Origin: Bacteroidota bacterium
GTDB taxonomy: Bacteria; Bacteroidota; Rhodothermia; Rhodothermales; UBA10348
Assembly: GCA_027622005.1 (NCBI GenBank)
Contig: JAQBZH010000003.1
Location: forward strand, 41,532-105,531
Length of the DNA stretch: 64,000 nucleotides
Reading direction: 5' to 3'
The notes beneath the pieces were generated by a model that saw nothing but the letters and a program-made list of their open reading frames with translations, did not search any database and had not been told where the DNA came from. Below, one piece after another: positions 46,248 through 55,500 of this stretch. The stretch's first letter is position 1; every line of letters starts with the position of its first letter. A program made the position numbers and the translations under genes.

Positions 46248-47897
46248 CTAGCTGTTGGGTATCTCTTGAGGAGCGTTTACAAATGCTCTTTCGTACAAAA
46301 AGAGGCCTATCAGGGCAAGAATTCCTGCCACCAAACCGGGCACGGCGGTAAACATCAGCGCTAATGGCACCACATGGCCCATCACCGTACTTCCGATCCA
46401 AAACGAGCGGGCATAGCGGCCTTTTACGATCATGTGAGCAGCTCTTGTAGCCGATTCCGAGGCGTGAGACATACCGAACTCGCCGAGAAAAGTGATCAAT
46501 AGGTCAATTATCAGGGATCCGATAAACGTGGCGTGTCCTGTAGCTACGAGTCCTTCTCCCAGGTCCATAACAGACCCCATCATCAGCAACATGGCGCTAC
46601 CTGCGACCGCCGATTGAACGATGAGGTGAATAGGGAGAAGAGGGCTTTGCCAAAGATCCCGACCTTCGGCTTGCCCAAACAAATAAGCAGTATATATCGC
46701 TGTACCAAGGCCTAGAGGCCACCCAATTAACAGCAGGGGACTTCGAAAAGAAGCCATACTCGATTCAGATATCCAGCCCATCCAAACGGAAAACTCTCCG
46801 AGGCTCCAGAGTCCAACCAAACTGGTGAATCCGATCAATATAAAGGCGCCTCGAACCAACCAGCTCCGCCACTGTGGGCGGGTTATGATCCGCAAGAAGC
46901 GCTCAGGGCGCTCTAAATCGAATACTAATAGAGCCGTGGTGGCCGCTAAAAACGCCAGTGTTACGACGGATGTGACTAAAAACACCGGATTGTTGGCCTC
47001 GACCAATCCAAACAAAAACGCAGTCCCTAGAATCAAAAACAGTCCGGCCGCGATCCCTTTCGTGACGAGATAAGCCGGAACGGGCCAGTGCCAGGGCACT
47101 TTGTGCTGGGCATTCCAAACGACCTGAGTCATTTGTTCGGCCATTCGGCCTTCGCCGATCTGAATAATCCCTCCTTTGGGGTCTCCTTGAGCCTCGGGTC
47201 GCCTCAGAGACGAGCCGGATGCCGATTTTTTGCCATAATTCGTTAGATCGGCAGGTGGCGCCCCGCGGTGCCCGTCTCCTTCGTGAAGCGAAAGGACGTC
47301 TGCCCAAGCGAAAGAATCAGGTGTTCGTTCAACGGCCGTGGGGTGCATAGCTACATCGTCGCCTCCGATGTAATACAATTTCGGAGCCGTCCCCTGCTCG
47401 GGTTTTCTAACCGTAACCTTATTGCGCGCAACGGCTTGGGCGATTTCCGTAGTAGGATCGTCCAGATCCCCAGCAAGGATGGCATGCTCCGGACAAACCA
47501 CCACACAAGCGGGCTCGAGGCCTAAATCGACTTTATGCGCGCAATAGTGGCATTTTGCGGCCGTCCCTGAGTCTGGGTCGATGTATATAGCATCGTACGG
47601 GCACGCCTGCATACACGCCTTACACCCGATACAGACATCCGGATCAAATTCTACGATTCCGTCGGTGCGCTGGTACATGGCTGTCACCGGACAAATGCGA
47701 ACACAGGGTGGATTGGCGCAGTGATTACACCGGGTAACCTGAAAATTCCGGGTCACATTGGGATACTGACCCGTCTCTACACTCTTAACCCAAGTTCGCT
47801 GTACGCCTAACGGGACTTCGTTTTCGCTTTTACAAGCTGTTGAACAGGCGTGACACCCTATGCAGGTGTCATTGTTAATTACAAAGCCGTAATTCAT
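46248..47897 (-). CDS. Fusion protein: four-cluster 4Fe-4S ferredoxin subunit (DmsB/PsrB/SoeB-like) joined to an NrfD/PsrC-type eight-TM quinone-interacting membrane subunit
   Basis: The N-terminal ~200 aa carry four Cys groups (CIGCHACSTAC, CNHCANPPC, CIGCKACMQAC, CHYCAHK..C..VCP). From about residue 270 I count eight hydrophobic helices, which is NrfD-like. There is no signal peptide. Confidence 0.85.
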   Translation of the reverse strand: MNYGFVINNDTCIGCHACSTACKSENEVPLGVQRTWVKSVETGQYPNVTRNFQVTRCNHCANPPCVRICPVTAMYQRTDGIVEFDPDVCIGCKACMQACPYDAIYIDPDSGTAAKCHYCAHKVDLGLEPACVVVCPEHAILAGDLDDPTTEIAQAVARNKVTVRKPEQGTAPKLYYIGGDDVAMHPTAVERTPDSFAWADVLSLHEGDGHRGAPPADLTNYGKKSASGSSLRRPEAQGDPKGGIIQIGEGRMAEQMTQVVWNAQHKVPWHWPVPAYLVTKGIAAGLFLILGTAFLFGLVEANNPVFLVTSVVTLAFLAATTALLVFDLERPERFLRIITRPQWRSWLVRGAFILIGFTSLVGLWSLGEFSVWMGWISESSMASFRSPLLLIGWPLGLGTAIYTAYLFGQAEGRDLWQSPLLPIHLIVQSAVAGSAMLLMMGSVMDLGEGLVATGHATFIGSLIIDLLITFLGEFGMSHASESATRAAHMIVKGRYARSFWIGSTVMGHVVPLALMFTAVPGLVAGILALIGLFLYERAFVNAPQEIPNS

Positions 47898-47913
47898 AGC
47901 TGTTCAGCCCAAA

Positions 47914-47960
47914 ATGTAGCAAAACCGTGATGTAGCAAAACCGTCATTTGGCAAAAATGT
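47914..47960. repeat. Three 15-nt direct repeats at 16-nt period, 17-63 nt upstream of the Fe-S/NrfD start codon
   Basis: ATGTAGCAAAACCGT is at 47914-47928 and 47930-47944 (both perfect), with a degenerate third copy ATTTGGCAAAAATGT at 47946-47960. On the coding strand this reads ACGGTTTTGCTACAT x2. Confidence 0.9.
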
Positions 47961-47972
47961 CGCCGAAATAGT

Positions 47973-47992
47973 CAACTTGTAATATCAAGTTG
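47973..47992. promoter_or_regulatory. Palindrome CAACTTG-TAATAT-CAAGTTG between mobA and the Mo-enzyme operon; candidate operator
   Basis: The 7-bp arms are perfect. The core ACTTG-N6-CAAGT (47975-47990) shares its arms with the 16-mers at 36263 and 57407. The sequence is certain; the function is inferred. Confidence 0.5.
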
Positions 47993-48012
47993 CATCGTCA
48001 AAAGAGCAACCT

Positions 48013-48609
48013 CTAATCGCCTCTGGAAGTAGGTAAATCGCTCTTAAAATTTACATTGATGAGCCGGCCATCACCGACATCCACTTTTGAATTAGAATGA
48101 GATGAAATAAATCCCATCACAGATCGATTCCCCTCGTTTAAATAGGTGCTTAGCGGCGATTGCAGGCTTCGATGCCAAATGGAGCATAGCGGTTGATCGC
48201 GGCCGGTCTGTGTGTCCCGAGCATAGGTCAGTGGATAGTGGAATTGATTTACTATTTCCTTTAGATCTCGCATCTCGACGAGAGGAAGATCTACCGCCAA
48301 CACGAACAGCCTTTCGGCCGTTGTGGCTTCAAATGCGGCCTCAATGCCTGCCAAAGGACCTGCATCCATCCTTTTATCGGGGATTTGAAGGGCGTTCACT
48401 TCATATGTTCGACCCAGCGGCCCGACGGCTATCACGATGTCATCGACCACTGTGGCCAGTACGCGGTGAGCTCGGCGAATGAGAGGTTCACCATCGATCA
48501 AAATCAACGCCTTATCCGAGCCATACCGATGGCTCTGACCACCGCACAAAATCACCCCACATAAAGAGTCCGTTTTGCCTTTCCCCGCACCTATTCGGTC
48601 GTTTTTCAT
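48013..48609 (-). CDS. mobA: Molybdenum cofactor guanylyltransferase MobA
   Basis: GVILCGGQSHRYGSDKALILIDGEPL, DAGPLAGIEAA and LAVDLPLV match the MobA nucleotide-binding motifs. Confidence 0.8.
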   Translation of the reverse strand: MKNDRIGAGKGKTDSLCGVILCGGQSHRYGSDKALILIDGEPLIRRAHRVLATVVDDIVIAVGPLGRTYEVNALQIPDKRMDAGPLAGIEAAFEATTAERLFVLAVDLPLVEMRDLKEIVNQFHYPLTYARDTQTGRDQPLCSIWHRSLQSPLSTYLNEGNRSVMGFISSHSNSKVDVGDGRLINVNFKSDLPTSRGD

Positions 48610-48801
48610 TCGTTTTTAAGTGGGTTCTGTCACTTATTGAGGTAAATAAACTCGGATTATGGTACGAAACCATCCAATACTCTTTTGTGGTTTATATTGA
48701 TTGGTAACCGCCGCGCCCCACCTGTCCGAATCGACTAGCAAACCTCTTTTGATCCGATTGTAGACGACTGAATCGGGCAAAAAGCACTCTCTAGAGAATT
48801 T

Positions 48802-49449
48802 ATGCTTTATTTCTATGTTGATTCCGAAGAAAAGGCGTTGACCGGGGTATCGCGTCTCAAATTTGATGAAAGCCGCCTGTATCGCGACCTCAAACAGGCC
48901 AAAAAGGATTCCCGCGGCCTTGTGTTAGTGGTAGACGCTGCGAAAACCCCCGCAAGCCTGAGTGGCGAGGTTAAGAAAATTCCCGCTTCCGCTTTCTTAA
49001 ACGCTAATCCTTATAGAAAGCCCAAAGAAGTGACGGCCGGTGGCGGCATCGTAACGAGAGAAGGAAAAAATGGATTGAAGGTGCTCCTGATTTACCGTAA
49101 AAAGTTGTGGGATTTACCCAAGGGCAAGTTGGACAAGGGTGAAAGCATCAAGTCTTGCGCCGAACGAGAAGTCAAAGAGGAATTAGGCATCTCCGAGGTA
49201 ACCGTTTTGGACCTGTTGGACACCACGGTACACGGCTATGTTGAACGGAAAAACTTTATGGTTAAAACGACGCACTGGTATCACATGAAGGTGTCTACCC
49301 GTGAGTTCGTACCGCAAGCCAAGGAAAAAATCACGGCCGTGCAGTGGTTTTCCCTAGCAAAAGCCAAGTCAAAATTGGCCCACAAAACGCTATCCCAGTT
49401 GCTAAATCGGGTGGAACATCAAATTCTATACACCCACGACCACATTTGA
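48802..49449 (+). CDS. NUDIX hydrolase with an unrecognised N-terminal extension of about 75 aa
   Basis: The Nudix box is GKLDKGESIKSCAEREVKEELGI (G-x5-E-x7-REvxEExGi). The N-terminal 75 residues have no motif I recognise. Confidence 0.8.
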   Translation: MLYFYVDSEEKALTGVSRLKFDESRLYRDLKQAKKDSRGLVLVVDAAKTPASLSGEVKKIPASAFLNANPYRKPKEVTAGGGIVTREGKNGLKVLLIYRKKLWDLPKGKLDKGESIKSCAEREVKEELGISEVTVLDLLDTTVHGYVERKNFMVKTTHWYHMKVSTREFVPQAKEKITAVQWFSLAKAKSKLAHKTLSQLLNRVEHQILYTHDHI

Positions 49450-49546
49450 TGGGTTTATCAGCTTCAAAGAAATTCTAACGCACTTTACTTAGAGATCGAA
49501 TACCGTTCCTATATTTGCGCTCCGATCTACCGATTATTAAAGCACT

Positions 49547-49927
49547 ATGGCTGAAGCCACTTTAGATACCAAACTAGCGCGCCGGGCCGAAAAGCGCATC
49601 CATGGAAAGAAGCGTCGCTCTGACAAAAAGCGCGGTCTTCCGGCCATAGTCGTGTTCTGGTTGATAGCTCCGATTGGTGCCGCGGGGGTCGCAATGCCAG
49701 TCGTTATGGACGTTCAGTGGGTTTGGCTTACGGCCGCAGCCATCGTACTTCAGATCTGGATGCTGCTCATTAATGATCGGAAAGGGTTCATTCGGTCACG
49801 CGAAATGAGGCGCGCGTATGAGGCGCGCCGTCACTTCTCCATTTTGGAGACCATCGTTTTATTCTTGTTGATTATGGCAGATATGTTAGCTGCTGCCTAC
49901 GCCCTGTTAATGGCCGCAGCTCCCTGA
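49547..49927 (+). CDS. Hypothetical membrane protein
   Basis: A basic N-terminus (KRIHGKKRRSDKKRG) is followed by three hydrophobic segments. No family is recognised. Confidence 0.5.
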   Translation: MAEATLDTKLARRAEKRIHGKKRRSDKKRGLPAIVVFWLIAPIGAAGVAMPVVMDVQWVWLTAAAIVLQIWMLLINDRKGFIRSREMRRAYEARRHFSILETIVLFLLIMADMLAAAYALLMAAAP

Positions 49928-49940
49928 GCGCGAACAAGGT

Positions 49941-52505
49941 TTATTGACCTACCAAAAACACAGCGTTTGCGAATAACAGTTTTCCACTAGTCCAAAATCC
50001 GCGATAGAGCGGATTGTCCAACAAGTAGGTTACGGATCCCGAACCCATTCCCTGAACCCCGAACGCCAATGATCCTTCGATGCGTTGTTCGGCAATATGG
50101 CCTGTAAATCCGCTGACTCGCCCATTTTTTTCGACAACTCCCACGTTCCAGTCGCTGCCGCCCTGCATAATCGCGGGGTGATCGGCGCGCGAACGTAAGA
50201 CAAAGGATTCATTCCCGAATCCAAAACCCAGCGGATGACTGTTGTCTACCCGCACTCGGTAAATGGCTCCAGGATTACTCTCCGGGGCACGGTCGCGACT
50301 GCGATCTTCGAAACGTTTGTTTGTCGCTATATGGATGGCCGTACTATCGGCCGTTTTATCTGCCGGCTTCAGCGTCAATGAAAACCCTTTTTTATCGGCC
50401 AACGCGGATGCTCCGCCTCCAGAGGCAACAAGCCGTCCTCCACTCTGAATCCACCCCGAAAGTTTTTCAAGACCGGATTCCGAGAGCATCGAAGAAACGG
50501 CCGAAGGCATTATGAGGACGTCGTAATCCCCGAGATCGATCGAGGAAAATTGATCGGCAGAAAATCGTGTTAGAGGATAATCAATCACCTGGTCGAACCA
50601 GTGCCAGACCTCGCCCGTAGCGGAGGAACTTGTTCCATCTCCAAAGGCCATTCCCGCTCGGGGGGCTTTGATGTACTGGACATCGGATGAACCCAGATCG
50701 GAGCCTTCATCGACATAGCCTGTCGCTATTCCAGTCACTTGCTGTCCGTGGGCCTTCGCAAGGCGCGCCAAGAGATCTGGCAGAGTTGACCCAAACTTTT
50801 GGTTTGAGGTCCTGGTTACAATGAGCGATCCGGAGGGAAATTTCTGGCCATGGACAGAAAAAGGTTTGGTCGTATATCTTACACGGATATCAGCATTCAA
50901 AAGACTAGCTAGAAAGGCTGCATCCTGCGCATCGTCCCATGCGATTACATACGCATAGGGGTTTTCCGAGTGATTTTCGGACTTTGGACCCACGGGCATC
51001 CATTTCTCGGTCGCAATAGTCGTTTTTGAAGCAACGGCCTCCAAATCATAGGCGTACGGAAGCGCCCAGGCCGTTATGTCGTAGGTTAAAGAGTCTGAAA
51101 TGGGCGTAAGCGGATTGAAAAGAACACGCGTCAAGACGGCTCTTGGCTGCGCGGCCGGAACGACCAGATCCCCGGCCGTGACGTCGAAACGGCCATTCTT
51201 TGCCGAACGGTAGTCGTACCCATCGACCTTGGAGGCCGTCTTGGCCTGACCATACGAAATCCCCAACTTGTCCAAATGAGCAACTAGCTGTGAAATCCGG
51301 TCTCCAGGCGTACTTTTTTTGATGACGTACGCCCAATAGTTCGGGGTTGCGGATTTGCTGGAAACGCCCGATTTCGCCGGAAAAACGCCCGAAACAGCTT
51401 GCTCGAAGTAAGCGGAGAATTCAGCCAGCAGCTTTTTATTATGAACGGAAGCCATCTCGACCGTCGAAAGTCCAGTCGTTGTATGGTGGGTGAGTCGATC
51501 AAGCAGGGTCAGCGTGTCGCCTTCGGCGGTTTTAATACCCAAACCGGCACCACCCCCTCCAGCCTGCTCATAGGTCATGCCGATGGCGCCGTTAAACATT
51601 GGAAAACTGTCCCCATACCCGGGGTAGTAAATGTCAAAAGACTGTTTGGTGAAATAAAGCCAGCCGAAACGGTCAAAATATTTTGCGTTGTTTCTACCAA
51701 CAACCTCTTCAAAAGCGCGCTGCCAGGGGGTGACTTCTTCATGGATCGGTTCGGCAGCTGGGGCGAAGTAATACGGGCTGTTTACGCCCTGCTCGTGAAA
51801 ATCGACGTGGACATGGGGTAACCACCGCTTATACAAATCCATCCGTTGCTGTGACTCCACCTGCGTCTGCCAGGACCAGTCCCGGTTCAAGTCAAAATAG
51901 TAATGATTAGTACGACCACCTGGCCAGGGTTCGTGATGCTCAATCGCGTCTTCGCTTACGTTCATTTTGGTGCCAACGACCATGTTGTACCAGTTCGCAT
52001 AGCGGTCGCGGCCATCGGGATTGATGGCGGGATCCAGAACGACAACCGTGTTTTTCAGCCATTCGGAAGAGGATTGATTGGAAGGATCAGCCAAAGCAAA
52101 TAACGTGGCCATTGAGGCTTCCGTGCTGTTGGATTCGTTGCCGTGTACGTTGTAGCTCAGCCAAACAATGGCCACGGATTCGTTTCCGGGGTTTCCGTCT
52201 TCTAATTTGGCGCGCTTGAGGTTATCATGCCGAATTTGCTCCAATCGCGAGATGTTTTCGGGTGAACTCACAAAGGCAACCATCAGAGGCCGACCTTCGT
52301 TGGTCTGTCCGTAAACGCTGGTTTGGACGCGGTCACTGGCCTCAGCCACGTGGTTGAAATAGTCCACTACGGCGCTATGGCGGCTAAATCGGGATCCTAA
52401 CTCGTATCCTAAAAATGTGCTGGGGTCCTTTAGGGTCTCTTGGGCAAAAGCGGGGATGGAGACTAAGAAGAGACTTACAAAAAGGGACGCGATTTGAAAA
52501 CGCAT
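49941..52505 (-). CDS. M14-family zinc carboxypeptidase with a large C-terminal extension
   Basis: It has a signal peptide. The M14 zinc-binding region is VWLSYNVHGNESNSTEA (HxxE), with DPAINPDGRD and a later HVDFHE. About 450 further residues are of unknown function. Confidence 0.8.
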   Translation of the reverse strand: MRFQIASLFVSLFLVSIPAFAQETLKDPSTFLGYELGSRFSRHSAVVDYFNHVAEASDRVQTSVYGQTNEGRPLMVAFVSSPENISRLEQIRHDNLKRAKLEDGNPGNESVAIVWLSYNVHGNESNSTEASMATLFALADPSNQSSSEWLKNTVVVLDPAINPDGRDRYANWYNMVVGTKMNVSEDAIEHHEPWPGGRTNHYYFDLNRDWSWQTQVESQQRMDLYKRWLPHVHVDFHEQGVNSPYYFAPAAEPIHEEVTPWQRAFEEVVGRNNAKYFDRFGWLYFTKQSFDIYYPGYGDSFPMFNGAIGMTYEQAGGGGAGLGIKTAEGDTLTLLDRLTHHTTTGLSTVEMASVHNKKLLAEFSAYFEQAVSGVFPAKSGVSSKSATPNYWAYVIKKSTPGDRISQLVAHLDKLGISYGQAKTASKVDGYDYRSAKNGRFDVTAGDLVVPAAQPRAVLTRVLFNPLTPISDSLTYDITAWALPYAYDLEAVASKTTIATEKWMPVGPKSENHSENPYAYVIAWDDAQDAAFLASLLNADIRVRYTTKPFSVHGQKFPSGSLIVTRTSNQKFGSTLPDLLARLAKAHGQQVTGIATGYVDEGSDLGSSDVQYIKAPRAGMAFGDGTSSSATGEVWHWFDQVIDYPLTRFSADQFSSIDLGDYDVLIMPSAVSSMLSESGLEKLSGWIQSGGRLVASGGGASALADKKGFSLTLKPADKTADSTAIHIATNKRFEDRSRDRAPESNPGAIYRVRVDNSHPLGFGFGNESFVLRSRADHPAIMQGGSDWNVGVVEKNGRVSGFTGHIAEQRIEGSLAFGVQGMGSGSVTYLLDNPLYRGFWTSGKLLFANAVFLVGQ

Positions 52506-52592
52506 GATTTTAGACGTAGATTTAGGCGGTCATAACTTTTAAGACGAACAACCAAGTTAGGCCCTCAACCCAACCACGCGCAACGACAGAGA

Positions 52593-55500
52593 ATGGAATT
52601 CGAGACTAAGACCTTGTTGAGGCCTTCGATCGCTCTCTGGTTGGGCGCGTTTGCGATTATTTTGTTCATTGCCTTAGACACGTCCTCGGATGTCGGTCCG
52701 TTGGCAACCTCTTGGCCACAAGACTCTCCGGACGAGTTTGCCGCGTATTTCCAAGGTATTCGGACCGCCGAAGGGGAATCCGCCCCTTCGTATGGGCCGG
52801 GGTATCGTTTGTCTGCGTATGAGCAGCTTCAGTCGGCGGCAAAAGGCCAGTCCGCGACCATTTTACCCTGGTTGGAACGCGGACCGGGTAACGTGGCTGG
52901 GCGAACTCGAGCCATTTTGGTGGACATGCTTGATGCCACTCGGTCCACGTGGATTGTTGGGTCGGTTGCTGGTGGGATCTGGCGAACGACCGACAAAGGG
53001 TTAAGCTGGGCCTCTATGACCGATCACCTTCCTCGGTTGTCCATTGGCGCATTGGCACAAGCCGCCTCTAAACCGGCGGTTATGTATGCCGGAACTGGGG
53101 AGGGATATCCCAACGGAGACGCGGCCGTTGGGGACGGAATATTCAAATCAGTGAACGGCGGCCTGACTTGGGTTCCTTTGGCGTCTACCGTGGGGTCGTA
53201 TAATTTCCTTTTTGTTAACCGCATCATCGTTTCCCCAACCGACGACCAGTTCGTGATCGCCGCGACGAATGATGGAATTTATCGCTCCGGAAATGGGGGT
53301 GTAAGTTGGACCGCTGTAAAAGCTGCCGGCACTTCCAGCGGTTTTTATCAGGTATTGTTCAAACCTGGCGATTTTTCTACCCAATACGCAGTCGAAAAGG
53401 CCCGAGGAATTTGGAAGTCGATTGATTCCGGATCTACGTGGGTATTGATGAATACTGGTCTGCCGGAATCCACTTCGAATGTGCGCATAGAGCTTGACAT
53501 CTCTATTACGAATCCAAATCGCCTAGTGGCATTGGTTGAGAATAAAACGGGCCCAGATCCCCTTTATTTTTCAGATAACGGCGCGGCCAATTGGTCCTTG
53601 TTTTCTCCCACCAACACCGGTACAGCTATCGACATAGCTGGGGACCAAGGCTGGTATGACCTGGCGGTAAAGATCCACCCGTTCAATCCGGATATTGTGT
53701 TTCTTGGTGGGGTTAATCTGTACCGGGCAAACGTTACGGGCTCTTCAATTCAGAGCCAGTTTACCGTCAATCAAAATGGAACCACTTCCTTTTTGTCGTT
53801 CATCAATTTCGGTGGAGGTCAACTGGGCGGCGGCCTTCGATTGGGTACGGACGAACCTGAATCGACCATTACTCCCGAAAAAATGGTGCCCGTTGGAGTC
53901 CGATTCGGACCAGGAAAGTCTCAGATGGCCCATCGTTTTGTACCGCCTGATCAAGCCGGCGTAGCCTTTTCTACCTATCCGTATCGTAATTATGTGGCCG
54001 TACCGTTTGAGGTCTGGGACACCAAAAACAACCGCCAGTTGATGGTTTCATTCCGTGACCGAAATGACAACGGTCGTTTCGATCTGATCGCAAATACGAC
54101 CGAAAATGTCGGTCGTGAATATGTCATTATTCACGCCGTTCCCTACGAGCCGGAGACACCTCATCCATCAATCGCTCGGAATGGAGGCATTGTAACGGAT
54201 CTAGCTTACTTTTTTTGGCCAACCTTAGCTCCCGGAGCCATTTGGGATCCAACTTCTCTACCCGTTTCCAAACTGGAATTTTTCTGGGTTAATGTTCCCA
54301 GCCTATCGGGGAGTATTACTCAGATCGGAACCGGTGTTCACGCCGACCAACATATAATTATAGCCTCGCCTTCCGCAGGAACCGAGTTTGAGCTGTTGGT
54401 TGGTAACGACGGCGGTATCTCCTATTCGGGTGATGGAGGAGCGAATTGGATAGATCGGGACCGCGGTTACAATACGACACAATATTACGGCATCGATAAA
54501 AAGCCCGGTTTGAGCGTGTACGTGGGCGGTACGCAGGACAATGGCTCCTGGAGATCGTTCGGCGATCCTACCCCCTCTCAATTCTGGCAAAATGCCGGGA
54601 GTGGCGACGGTTTCGATGCTGTTTGGCACAAACAGAATGATCAGAAAATCCTGACCACCTCGCAATGGAACTGGATTCAGCGCTCCGTCAATGGAGGACA
54701 AAGCTGGACGTCCGCTTCCTCCGGAATAACGGATACCGGTACGTCAGTAGCCGGGGCTCAGTTTTTGACTATTCTGGCTCAGGATCCCACGAATTCCGAG
54801 AATGTCTATACCGTTGGTCGGTCGGGCGTTTGGCGGACGACCGATTTTGCTTCCTCCTGGTCTTTGTCGTCCATTGCGCCCGAGTCCTGGGGATTTGACG
54901 AAGTGGTCAGATCAGCAAAAATAACCGTGTCCCTAAAATCACCGAACGTTGTTTGGGCTGGAGCTGAAATGGACGCCGTTCCCAGTTCGGGCACCGACAA
55001 GGATGGCAAATTGCAGCTTTCGACTGACAAAGGGGTAACCTTTTCATCCGTACCAACGCCTTCGATTGCGCCCGGGCGACTTTCGGGTCTCGCTACCAGT
55101 TTTGAAGGCGCTGAAACGGTCTACGTACTGTTTTCGGCTTCCAATCGGGCCAAAATTTTGCGCAGTACAGACTCAGGCCAATCTTGGAAAGACTTGTCTG
55201 GCTTTGACCCCGGTCCGGATGGCCTAATAAGTCAAAACGGATTCCCGGACGTGTCCGTCTACGATCTGTTAGATTTCCCTAATTCTACGCGCCTTTGGGC
55301 TGCAACTGAAATAGGCCTGATTGAATCGCTCAATGATGGCGCGACGTGGTCCATCGCCAACAACGGTCTTCCAGCCGTTTCAATTTGGCAAATTCGGAAG
55401 CTGGATGATGAAATTGTACTCGCTACGCACGGTCGGGGGATTTGGACGGTACCCGCGAGCTCTATCCCGCCTGTTTCAGAGATTTTTACCAATGTTGAGC

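Noticed and set aside
47914-47960. The possibility that the short tandem repeats here, at 21229 and at 63676 are a CRISPR array or mobile-element ends
   Set aside because: There are only two or three copies of 13-19 nt with 0-1 nt spacers. No cas genes, transposase, integrase or flanking target-site duplications occur anywhere in the window.
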